Source: Perkinsus olseni
Lineage: Eukaryota
Direction: 5' to 3'
Assembly (NCBI GenBank): GCA_013115125.1
Contig: JABANN010000353.1
Location: 1-35,976 of the forward strand
Length of the DNA: 35,976 nt
The position numbers and the translations under genes are program-made. The notes below the pieces were generated by a model. The model was not told where the DNA came from. It did no database searches and was given only the letters and a program-made list of their open reading frames with translations. Shown piece after piece: positions 22,901 through 34,286 of the stretch (position 1 is the first letter of the stretch; every line of letters begins with the position of its first letter).

Positions 22901-25900
22901 GGCCATCTCTGCTAGGTAGGTCTCTTCGATCAAGGCCTCCTTAGCAAGCTCCACCCAAAGACGTTGCTGCACGAACATAGTAATGTCATTGACGAATAGT
23001 GGCGTCGTCAAACGGATCTGATGAGGGAAAATTATGATCATCATCCGAGCCCCCTTTCCCCCCTGGACAATGGTGAATACGAACATGTATCTGTACGATG
23101 TTACCCCCATTCCACCATGGGGCTCCGGGAGCTCCACGCGCGCACAAGCCAGGAGACGATTTCGAGAAGAAACCACACCCGAGCGGCAACAGCATCATCA
23201 ACACTTACGCGTATATCGCAGCGAGGAGTCGCCGAAACGAGCGTCTTCGGTAGGTAGAAAAATTTGTCTCCTCGCGTGGCCATCATCCTAGGGGCCTGTC
23301 GATCGGTCGGCACCACCGGGAAGTCTTCGTAGAGGGACACGGTGGGAGCATCTTTCGCCTCTGAGGAAAAAAGTCGCTCACTTGCCGATGGCTTCAGAGA
23401 GGAGCTCACCCTCCTTCATCTCAGGGAACACTCTTCCAGACAGGCTCGAGCAGCTTGTGGAGGGATCGTAAACGGTGAAGTCCTTGGCGATGTATCTAAA
23501 ATGTCAAACAGAGACTGAATCCTTACAGTCGCTCGCTTTTCCTAGAGAGAGAAGTATCCTAGCTTGACCATAAGCATAAACAAGTGAACAAGATACTCAG
23601 CCGACAGGCATGGACGTACACATTCTTCTTAGGAAGAGCGAGTTGTTCGTTGACACTAGGAGCAGCCACGCGACCCTTGAACTCATCATCCAGCTCCGTG
23701 CGCCAGTATTCCACACCAAACCACGGCTCAACCTCAGGAGGGCCCTCCGGCACCAGACCTGCAGAAATAACGGATCACTAGTGCCAAGTATAAGGGAGTA
23801 ACAGATCCATCAGAGCCGTTAAAAATGAAATAAAAAATTCTCTCAGACAGTGTGAAAGGGGCAACAAGGACCAACGATAATATCGAGAGGGACTACCACG
23901 ATCGGTTCACAAGGGTGAAAAACCTACCATCAACGTTAAGGCCCATCTCCTTCGTCATTCTCTGTAACATCTCTTCGGGCGTCTCGCCAGGTGTCTCATC
24001 CTCATCCTCCTTATCCATCTCCTCGTCCTCCACCTCATCATCTTCACTATCCTCACCATCATCTTGCTCATCTTGCTCTTCCTCACAATCACCGTCATCC
24101 TCCTCTTCCTCCGTACCCTTACTTCGTCCGAAAACCTACACCATAATTACTCAACTGAGCGCCCCTAGGAGCACGTACACTGCTGGTCAGAACAAGTAGA
24201 ATTTTATCAGAGGTGATGTACTCATTGAGGAGCTCACTAACTTCCTCCGGCTTGAACTCTGGCTCCAAAAAGTACGTGCTGTTCAAAAGATTCTCGTAAG
24301 ATATCTTCGCAGCCTGAAGAAAATGCACAATAACCGACACATCTTTCTCTTAGACGAAAAGCGCGTGAGCCTTCATCAGTCCCCCTCGATGCTTGCATGG
24401 TGATTTTATCTAGAATATGATTATCAGAGAACATAGTCCCGGAAACAGCCGTGAGAACACCCGCGGAGGGAGGCATCCGAAATCGAACCAGGGAGCGTCA
24501 CGGCAGGGAGCTTACCGGAAGCATAGAGCTCGACAAGTCATCGGCAGTAGTAGAAGGATCCCTCTCCTCAATAAAACGATACTGCATGTTACTCACCTAC
24601 AAAAGAGTCCCATGAAGACCCTGAGTCGATAGTTAGTCGGAGTGCTGAGACGCCCTTCGCCCTCCGATGATATTCAATGGTGGTCGCAAGCTCACCTGTC
24701 TAATCTCATCATAGACCCAGTCAGGTATCGATCCCAACCTCCTCAGCATGTCGAGATATCTGTGAAGAAGGGAAACCAACGATACACCAGCAGAAACTAG
24801 ACGTCAGAGAGAGACGACCGGTAGAAGATATGCTGCTGCTGGGTGATGACGTGCATTTCCGAGGAAAATTATTATGGCGCGAGAGAAAATAGAGATTATA
24901 GAGAGCACGATCCCATAGACGGGCACACACAACCCTATTCCACACATTGCTTGTGAACGATCAGAGTTAGCTACGGATACCCTGCTGATAACTTACTCCA
25001 TCACATGAACGACAACTTCCTTCCACAGGGCCAACCCCTTAGTAGAAAGAGTCACGCAGATGTCAAAGACGCTGCATATTGAATTACTACCGTACCTGAC
25101 ATTTGAGGTGGACTCAATCACATCTCGACTGACAGCAACTCTCCAGTGAAAACGTAGCAATGCCACCGGCAAATGGCCTTATCTCAGTATCAGCATTCAT
25201 CGCACAATCTACGAGTCTCAGCGCCCAGACTAGTAGCTACTCTTCAACAGTATCGCTACTTATGATAATAAGAAGTATAGCTCATGAAAAGGAAATACAA
25301 TCCCCGTGCGACCTAGCAGCTCTTCCGTAATCAAAACGATAATACGTGAGAGTTCAGAGATGACAACTGTCATCAACCGCCAGCTCACCCTTCCTCAGAC
25401 ACCCCCGCCAAAAGGTCCGTAGCCAGTCCCTTCGACCTCAAGAATGACAACAGCGAGCCGGAGCCTGAGGTAGACTACCACTACAAAGAGGGAGTTGAGG
25501 AAGGAGTGGTACTACTACTACCTTCATGGCCTATCAAATGACCCAGCGTATTGGCCGGCTTCGTGCGGTACATGCCGTTCTGGGGAGGCAACTGCCACTG
25601 CAGTTGCAGCCTGTGGATGTCTTTGATAGGCTGACAAGAAGCAATCCTCATCTCCACAGCGCATTAGAACGACTCATGAGACAAAATATTTCGAGAAAAA
25701 GCGAATTTCGATTTTTCTCGAAAAAATTCGAAAATCCGCTTTTTTATCGTCCTTTTTCACCGAGAAAGAAAATCTGTGGACTTTTCCCACAAAGACCACC
25801 AAGACAGAACTCGCGATATTTCAACCACGCTACCGTCCTTTCGCACAAGCAGTACGTCCAATAGCTTCATGATGCGACAGAGCCGACCGTCCACTTCACA

Positions 25901-28726
25901 ACGCGAAATGCTGCTACGCTCCGCCCCCACCATCCTACTCTAACTCTAATGAGATAGGGCAAGGTCTCAACATCCAGAGGGAAGCCCTTCTTCTCCAGAG
26001 TAATATCCTCTGGCACCGCAGTCGTTAGCGGGTCAGCTGTGAGGGGGGTCGCTCGGACGTCCGAGAACGACGAACGCTGAAAGATGACAACGATCCTTAG
26101 CGGAGCGACGCTTGGGTCACAATCTTACCAACTGCTTCTCCATGTCGTCTAATGGCATCCTCCCAACCATGCATGCCCGCATACGACCTGAACAGCCGAC
26201 AGAGATACACCGAGGATTTGCGGAAAAGTTGGTATTACCAGACAAGTAGTAACGGTCGTAAAACTGCAGTAGGGCTTCTCTCAACTTGCCATAGTCACTA
26301 CCGCCTTGTAACAGAGACTTCTTATTACCCCAGGTGAACTTCTTCCATATCTGATAGAAAAAGGGGAAAACTGAGTGCTAGCGCGCCATGGGGAACCCAA
26401 GACCCTCCTCCACGCAACACAATCACACTGGCTCGACCTTAAGATTCCACAATCTCCCAACCTCCCGGATTTCTACCGCCTTTCGATCTCGCGATGATGC
26501 GGTATTGAATTAACACTATTTATCATACCGCACGGGAGCCAATCACTGTTTCTTCCCACGGGAAGGCCGCATCGGGTCCGATGACAAAAGCGCGCGCCCA
26601 GACGACTTCTTTACAGTACTGTACGCGCAATCTAAAGAGTTCGAAACTGCTCAGCGCGAGAACTCCTTAACTAAGACGAATTACTTTCTCAAACTGAACT
26701 TATACTCTCATAAGGACCCTGTCAGGTGACACCCCTGTCGCGAAGCGATATTAAGAAAAGAAACCTCTACCCATTTTGGCCTGACTCTGCGCAGGACGTG
26801 ACCCTCCCCGGGAAGAGTAGTACATGGTTATCCTTAGCAAGGTAACAGCCCAGCTGCTCCAATCTTGCGGAATCACTATTCAAAGTCTGTCGGTACCTAC
26901 AGCGGCAAGTGCTCTCAGTAGGTCGCAGGTTCCAACCCCACTGAGGGCATTTCTAGTAGTCTTACTCGCTCTCCACAGCTTCCAGTTCTCTTTCACTCGA
27001 GTCTGGGTTCATCAAAGGATTCGTAAAGAAGCCAGAAAACATATCCACTGCCTTCTCGAACCCGGACACGGTGCACTCGAAGTAGTAGCAGGTGTACCTA
27101 CCCAGGAAAGCTACGCCAAAACGAGAGCGTGGATAGCAAGGTCTGTCGCCTTCAACGGAATTGAGGGGCCAATGAATCAAGACTGACTATTGGTTCCAGT
27201 CCCAATTCCGAGCTCCTTTCAAAGAAGAGAAGAGCGCCAGTTTAGGTCCTAGGGCTAGATAAAACTAGGAGGTTTCGAGCCGTTTCGTGAGCAGCATGCC
27301 ACGTAGAGCTGGGCAACCGTACTGGAGTCGAGGAAAGTACGGTACGGAGTACGTTTCAAAGTGTCAACCTAGTACGGGTAAGGAGAACTAGTACGTATTA
27401 AATATATTAAACAACGCATACGTGTATCAAACTAGTACGGTATTTGGGGACCGCTGCGACGGGTAGTATGGCCACGGAGCCGTACTCGCACCGTACCGTA
27501 CTCCGTACTGTCGCCCACCTGTAATGCCACGGAAGAGGAGCCTTCTCTGGTGAGCAGTGGTGAAGACTCAGAGTGCTTACAACCTTTTAAAGTCCTCGCA
27601 GTTGTGGCCCTAGGGAGATATTTCTACGCTTTTCATAGGTTGAGGTAGGATTTTGCAAATAAAAAGATACGCCCCCTAATACTACTCCAACTCCGTGTAA
27701 GCATTGCTGTAGCCACCGTTCTTCGACAAGTAGGTCTCGAACTCGTTCTCCCCAGGATACTTCTTGGACCCCATGAACAGCATATGCTCCAGGTAGTGAG
27801 CAAGGCCGGGGTACCTGTGAAGGGAAACGACAGTAAAAATAGGATATGGCAAAAACACGAACAACAAAACTATCCGGCAAAAGCGTGAGCAAACGAATGC
27901 AAATATGGCTGTGGAATTTCGTGGATCAACTGTACTCATACAGACCTAAAATCAGTTTTTTCCTCAGGGCACTTTCCATTTTCGGCACACCGTGCGATCG
28001 TTTTACGCAGGCAAGGTTTCGTACGGCCAATGGACGATCGTCACGTGTCCGTGATAGAGGGAAGTTTAACAATGATCGCTGTTATCCCTTAGAGTGCCAC
28101 AGCTTTCCTTATGATCACGCTAACACTGTACTATTGCAACGGCAGTCGTACACTATTACAGCTTTCTACTGATCTCACAGACCACAGTAGAACTTACTCA
28201 GTAGGGTCAGTAAAACTGCCAACCCCAACGCTGACTGCCATGGCCGCCTTCGTCTTCAACTCATCATCCAGCGGCAGTTGTACCAGTACCTAGCAGGAAG
28301 CCCACAATGATGATGTTGATGTATTATCAGTGATAGGAAAGGAGCAACATCGGACCGAGACGGCGGGGTTTGAGAAGAGCACGAACACAACGGCGGTGGT
28401 GGAACAATTATTATGGGCTATCAACTACGACTAATACGAGGCATTGCAGGTGTACATTGCAAAAAGAAATGCATCACTGAGACAGCAACAGTCCAATGGC
28501 TGATCGTAAAGCGTGAAGAGATCGCGAAGCCACTTCCTTAGCTGCTGGCGCCTGCTTCTCCCCACAACCCGTCTATTACGGCCTCGATACCGTTGTCCAG
28601 CCTGACAACTCTATACTGTCTCTTATCGTTGGGGCTCTTAGTGCTGTCCAGATCGACTAGTGACTTGCCGGCCGCCTCCTCATGAGCTACTCGTTGGCGC
28701 TTCGTTGCTAACTCTGCTGGTGACAT
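19948..28726 (-). CDS. IDE: Insulysin/nardilysin-family M16A zinc metalloprotease, many exons
   Basis: [59 protein letters not shown] (HxxEH); [46 protein letters not shown]; last exon [23 protein letters not shown] (TAG 19948-19950). Confidence 0.95.
22206..22233 (-). other. tRNA-like 3' fragment (T-arm/B-box plus acceptor strand) in an IDE intron
   Basis: Minus strand GGTCCCGGGTTCGATCCCCGGTGGAGGC followed by GTTTCTATAATTTTT; no matching 5' acceptor strand or D-arm found. Confidence 0.55.
27304..27523. mobile_element. 220-bp hAT-type MITE in an IDE intron
   Basis: Perfect 8-bp target-site duplication ATGCCACG at 27296-27303 and 27524-27531. Imperfect TIRs TAGAGCTGGGCAACCGTAC / TACAGGTGGGCGACAGTAC (15/19). 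Many subterminal GTACG/CGTAC repeats. Confidence 0.9.
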
Positions 28727-29283
28727 CTATTAGGAACTCAGCAACCACAATACTTCCTACTAACTTCTAGTCTCTATGATCAAGCATGCTCATCGTCAGT
28801 TCAACGTAGTCGAACCCTCCTCCCCCCTCGTGATCAACAATTATCCTCATCTGCTCAACTCTCCTAGACCGATTTCTTTCTCCCCTACCGCTATGATTTT
28901 CAAGTCAAATTTTGCTGCGACTCCCACGAAGAATGGTCCGGCAAGAAATCGAGACCAACGACCAAAGAAACGAGGTTATCCCGGAGCGAGATTCCCCGTG
29001 TAGGGATGGCCGGAGATCAGCCAAATTCGGAATCCTTGACGGGAGATCTTTACTATACATAATTTGCAGTGATCCCCTCGTGGATTGAACAGGAGAAAGC
29101 CGTTCTCGCCGGGCGACGGTCGATCCTCCTTCTATCACTCAAGAGACGTCGTGTCCTGCACCTTCCCGAACCCCACTGTACCGTCGTGAACCCAAGGTCG
29201 CTCATATAAGTAATTACAGTGCTACAAGTAATGCCAGTACGTAGTTTGGAATAATAGTAATAACAAGATCGACTTAACGCTCA

Positions 29284-31403
29284 CTACACGTCAAACAGCC
29301 AATCCATAATCTGCCACACCGGTGCCATCAAGCCCTCCACTTGGGGAGCCAACGTGACCGTCCGACGATCAGACTTCCTGCGGGTTGAAGAATCTCGTCC
29401 ATCGCCCGGACTTGGCAATGCATATCCGACGTCATTCGCCTCTTCATCTGCCTCAGAATTGATCAGCTGAAACGAGACGCACCGTAAACATACGAAATTG
29501 AAGCGGCACGAACAAGCCGATAGTAGCCGGAAAGCAAAAGACTGGTGAGCGCAAAATGATTCTCCAAAATTCTTCGCAGTGCGGAATCGTATCTTCCTAG
29601 CACTCTCCAGCAATGCTGACACTCTATCGGCTTCCTTATTCACTAGCCGACCAATACCTATCTTTCCAGCCGACTCCCGAACCCGAAGCTAAACCCATCG
29701 ACTGTTTCAAAGTAGTCCATAGGCGATACCACACGATGACCGCATCGTGTTACTACCGGGCTAGTGCAAGGTACTATCCCAATCATCGTTCCCTCGAAGA
29801 AAACGCTCCCTGACAGTTGCAGGCAATTACGGGCTGCCGCTTGGGAAGGGAGGCAAACTGAAGAGAAGAGGAAAGTTGAAGAGCAGACGAAAATCGGCGG
29901 TGAAAGAAAAACAACCCCAGCCGATCAGGCGCCCTAGGATGAGCACTGAATGAGTGTAGTGCGACCGAGACGATCACAGACGACAGTGGCAATAAAGTAT
30001 CGACCAGCACTACTCAGTCTTGCACCCGAGGCTAAGCTAGATTTCAGTACCGATTTTCATACCGACTCAGCACCTCCACCGCCGCTGACTTACCATGCAT
30101 GAAGTTGCCATTGCCAACTCGGCACTCAGCCACCTTCTCCCCAAGTACTGCCTCGATATGGTGTCGAACCTGCGGCGTTTGTGTGATATAATAATACCAC
30201 TCCTTCCCCAACTCCTACCGCGACAGCCATAGCAGGGGCGAATCCAAAAACGGTGACCCAGCATCCTGAGGATCGTCCAGCGCCCATCGATGAGAGGCCA
30301 CCGAGAGAGCCTCCAACACTCGCCAACGGGCCAAACTGAATGCGACAAGAATAGAACAACAGACGAACCGCTGACCACAGGGAAATAGAGGCTCATACGG
30401 CCAAACTAAATAAGAGGGAAATGGAAGAACATACATAATAGAAAATGGTAGAAAGTCCATATAAAAACTATCTACAGAAAATATATCCACAGTACAATGA
30501 GGTATCACATAAAGAGAATGATAGTACAAAAAGCCATACAGAATTCATAATCAACTCTAAGGAACAACGATCTTTTCCAGCCATCCCCGCTCAGTTCGAC
30601 GACCAGCATTATCACAGCAAGACGCAACGGGATTGAAACCCGAAAGGACATGATACGAAGGAGACCCATCGAGACGTGAATAACCCCCTCGACTACTCCA
30701 GCGTCATCAGCCGTGTAAGCTCCTGATCTGTTCTGCATGATGCCACTTGTATCGAGCAGACCTCTTCCGCTGCTTCCTGCTGCGGCAGTGCCCTTGGTGG
30801 GGAAGCTAGAGAACATCTGACCAGACGACTAGTCGGATGGGAGCGGAAAAATATCTCCGACGATTAATATCGACGACAGTTGCGCTCGAGGTCTAGGCAG
30901 TTCAACCGACAATCCAAAAATAAAGTGTATCGCCATGCATTCGGAAATGCCAGTAATTGCTTCAACCCCAATAGTGGGGAACAGATCCATCCATTCCACG
31001 AAATCTGTTCTCTCTTCACCAGAAGCGGACCGAGTTGGTCGTCAACAAGATATCAGCGTCAGCAGTTTACTCTGACATGCATGTATACCCAAAGCCTGCC
31101 CATCACTACCGTGGGTATATCATCGCCACCTGGCGGCGGCAAGTCCTCTCGACTGGCGTAATCTAGCGGGTCTGAGCTAATGAATCCCCTCTGGGCTGCC
31201 GGGGCACCTACACACAACACGCAACTGATCAAGTTGATCAAGCCCAATGACCCTCCTGAATCACTCTCCCTATTACCACTGTCACCGAAGAGGTCGGCCT
31301 GCTGCTGCTTCAAGCCATAAGTCTGCTGCCCAGTAGCCTTCTCATCCGAGTGCCCGAAGAGACCTCCGCGAGGAGGAGTGTCGTTGGATGGTGGCCGAAA
31401 CAT
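29284..31403 (-). CDS. Possible multi-exon hypothetical gene(s); structure unresolved
   Basis: ATG 31403 gives MFRPPSNDTPPRGGLFGHSD..DLFGDSG. Further exon-like segments follow AG acceptors at ~31208, ~30816, ~30340 and ~29467. No recognisable domain. Confidence 0.3.
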
Positions 31404-32006
31404 ACCCTTTAAATGCTACCGAATATTAGCTACTATGAGTAGATCAATGCAATAGTTGTACTTATGGGAGAACTACCGTGATAGTACTGAATAGTGACTT
31501 GCGCTACTGCTCAACCCTACTAACCAATTACAAAAACCATATCCCCGACCATTCATTCGACAGTCTAGCAGCATTGTGGGGGCCATCGCCGTGGAGAGCC
31601 CCCACCTCCAGCATTCTGAAGTCTCTCACGCACTGTAAATCGAATTGGGCAATCAAAACTCGAGTCCAAAAACCCCACAGGCGACCCATGACGACCTTCG
31701 CCGAATATCTTCTCTTCCCTCAAGCGCAAGCGAACCCGAACGTATCCGATCCTGCAAGCTACAGCCGAATCACTTCGATCATCTTCGCCGTCTTCCCAAC
31801 CGCGTTGGGGTGACTATTGAGAACAGTACTACTCCTAGGCCCGCCTGTCAGAAGGAACTTAACCAAAAACGAGTGAGGGGTTATATAAAAGTGTACCGAC
31901 TACCGAAGCCCATGGGGTAGCGGTACATAAGAATAGTGATATCAATGGTCATAAAGCATATCTCAACTTCAAGCCCGCAAGATACAAAGTAGGTCAAGCC
32001 AAGCTC

Positions 32007-33161
32007 TCATCTATACACAGGTTCCCAAGTGTCCAGCCACTCACCGTCCATCAGACCTTTTCGAACCGGAGGATTGAACTCGTCACAAATCTGTCGTCCC
32101 CGATCGTAGTACCGCTCCATCCCCAAATCATCGCACTTCCCCGTCGCTGCTTCACCGCAAGACCAGCCGTCCTCGCTAGCGGCCCTCTCCTGCCTTCGGG
32201 CGCGCGGGAAAGTATCATTACCAGCCCCAGTGATCCACACCCCTCCATCCGGCGTCGCGAAGACCCTATGCCACGCTGCCGGTGCTGCCGATCGTCGATG
32301 AGGAATTGGAAACTTTCCTCGGCACACCTCCCGCTGGAGATCCACCACCCACAGAGCCCATGACGAGCTTTCTTTTATGTAGGCCAGGACATACGCCAGT
32401 CTCCTTTGGTGATCAACATCTACAGAGGCAGCAGCACAGTCCCCTAACTCAATGACTTCCTTCCAGCCACTGCGCTCGCCCCACAGCACTACCGACCTAC
32501 TGCCACCCTTCACGTCTAGTACAACCACTAGGCAGTCCTGATCAGCATCGATCGGCCTGTAGGCAGCAAAGCAATGAGGGACCGTTCTCGTCCGGCATAC
32601 AACCTCAGCCCGGCCAGCAACGTCTACCCGAGCAATTCTGAAGGGACCCCAGAGGCCATAGACACAATCGGTGCCAGTCGTCAGACAAAAGAACCGCGAT
32701 CGACCCCCTGACAGTAGGAGCTGCTCCCCCTTCCAGTCCGGAGAATAACGGTACACACCCGCGCTCTTCGCACAGATAACAGTATTATCAGGAGCGATAC
32801 AAGCGACGTCCAACGGGCTGAGCAAAAACCTTCTGTGCAGATTGGTCTCCATCTCTCCACAAGACATCAGCCGATCGATCTCGCAGATCCACCGGGGCAA
32901 CGGAGGACTCTCACCCTCCACGGTTGCAATAGCCTTCATAAGGAACAGGCCACTACCATCTGGCACCCTCAAACACCTCCGTACGTTCCCGGCCGGCTCT
33001 CTTCGAGCTCTATTGAAAGCCACCAACAGTGGCCGAGCGTAGCTCCAGATCACAACCAGGAGATCCTCCGGGACTTCATCGCCCTTCTTACTTGATAACT
33101 CGGCCAAGGCAAGCACGATACGATCGACTTCGGTGGGAATAAGCGGTACGTAGGTATGCAT
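32007..33161 (-). CDS. Intronless hypothetical protein (384 aa), F-box-like N-terminal motif plus beta-propeller-like body
   Basis: Long intact ORF; VPEDLLVVIWSY resembles the F-box start (LP.E+L..IFSYL); the remainder has short beta-strand repeats (IACIAPDNT-like VACIAPDNTVIC, SVDVDHQRRLAYV, VFATPDGGVWITG). Confidence 0.75.
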   Translation of the reverse strand: MHTYVPLIPTEVDRIVLALAELSSKKGDEVPEDLLVVIWSYARPLLVAFNRARREPAGNVRRCLRVPDGSGLFLMKAIATVEGESPPLPRWICEIDRLMSCGEMETNLHRRFLLSPLDVACIAPDNTVICAKSAGVYRYSPDWKGEQLLLSGGRSRFFCLTTGTDCVYGLWGPFRIARVDVAGRAEVVCRTRTVPHCFAAYRPIDADQDCLVVVLDVKGGSRSVVLWGERSGWKEVIELGDCAAASVDVDHQRRLAYVLAYIKESSSWALWVVDLQREVCRGKFPIPHRRSAAPAAWHRVFATPDGGVWITGAGNDTFPRARRQERAASEDGWSCGEAATGKCDDLGMERYYDRGRQICDEFNPPVRKGLMDGEWLDTWEPVYR

Positions 33162-34286
33162 TAAAAATTCTTAGAAGTCCCTATAGACCGGCTCAACAGC
33201 AATAACAAGGCCACAATAATCTATCAGACAACGACCACTGGCTGAGCAACTGCAGCCACAGCCTCCCGCTGTACGAAGATGACAACCCACACTCCTGTAC
33301 TATTACCACCTAAGTAGAACTGGATACCAGCGCCCCAGTAGATCTCACAACGGCTGCTTTCAGGGAGTACCAAAAACCAACAACACGTGGATATACTGAA
33401 ACACGCCGGCAATGTCGGTATGTAGTTTGTCCCACCAAGAATTTCCGCCTTTTCGAAATTTTGCGCCGCAACGTTGCACAGGGCGAGTTCGCAAATGAAA
33501 CTTAGTGACTCGGAGCCGCCTGAAGTCACTACCGCCCTGACAGTCCAGAGACCTATCTATAAAAACTTCGAAGATTTTTCAGTCATTTTCCTTTTTCAGA
33601 TAGACAGACGGTATCTCAGTCTCAGTCCGCGAGTTCTTTCGGCTCGACTTCATTCAGGACGATTTACTCTACAAGCATGTACATCACCATAGAACCTAAC
33701 CCTATTATGATATCAATTGAGACCGATCAATGTAGGATTACAGTATCATTTCTACCCGCCTCCTGAGAGCTACCAGAAGCAGTCGCTACCACACCTCCGA
33801 CAACTTCGCATCATCGAGAGCCGCTCCCCATCACAGTGAAAGACGAGATGCCGATCACGGACTCTTCTGGGCAAAGCAGGACTGCAAAACAATCCACAGA
33901 GACATTCAGCTGCTATTATGAACTCGACAACAGTCGAGAATAAGAAACAATGGATATCAGCCAACTCACAAGTAAACCTGAATGTAGTAAGTCAGCAGCA
34001 CCAAAGCCCCTCTAGTAGTAGAGTGGTAGTAGTGGTGTATCGCAAAGATGGAAAAACAACTGCCCAGCAAACTCCCAACGATAGCGCTGGGAGGTCGGGC
34101 ATGCTCAACAGTAGCGGTCGACAGGAGCTACACCCATTGCCTCGACGGGAACCGGCGGAAAACTGGTATGAGCCCCTGCCACCAGAGCAGCAAGTGTACA
34201 CTTAGGAAAGAGAAGTGCAGAAGGGGGGGGGGGGCGAATCCTCGACAACCCCAAGCAGGATAATGCAATATTGTTATAGTAATGAT

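Noticed and set aside
26768-26781. CCATTTTGGC (and CCGTAGCCA near 25417) resembling parts of the spliced leader
   Set aside because: Only 9-10 nt match, both inside the IDE gene; no full relict SL seen.
31350-31403. GLFG nucleoporin
   Set aside because: Only one GLFG and one LFG; too few FG repeats.
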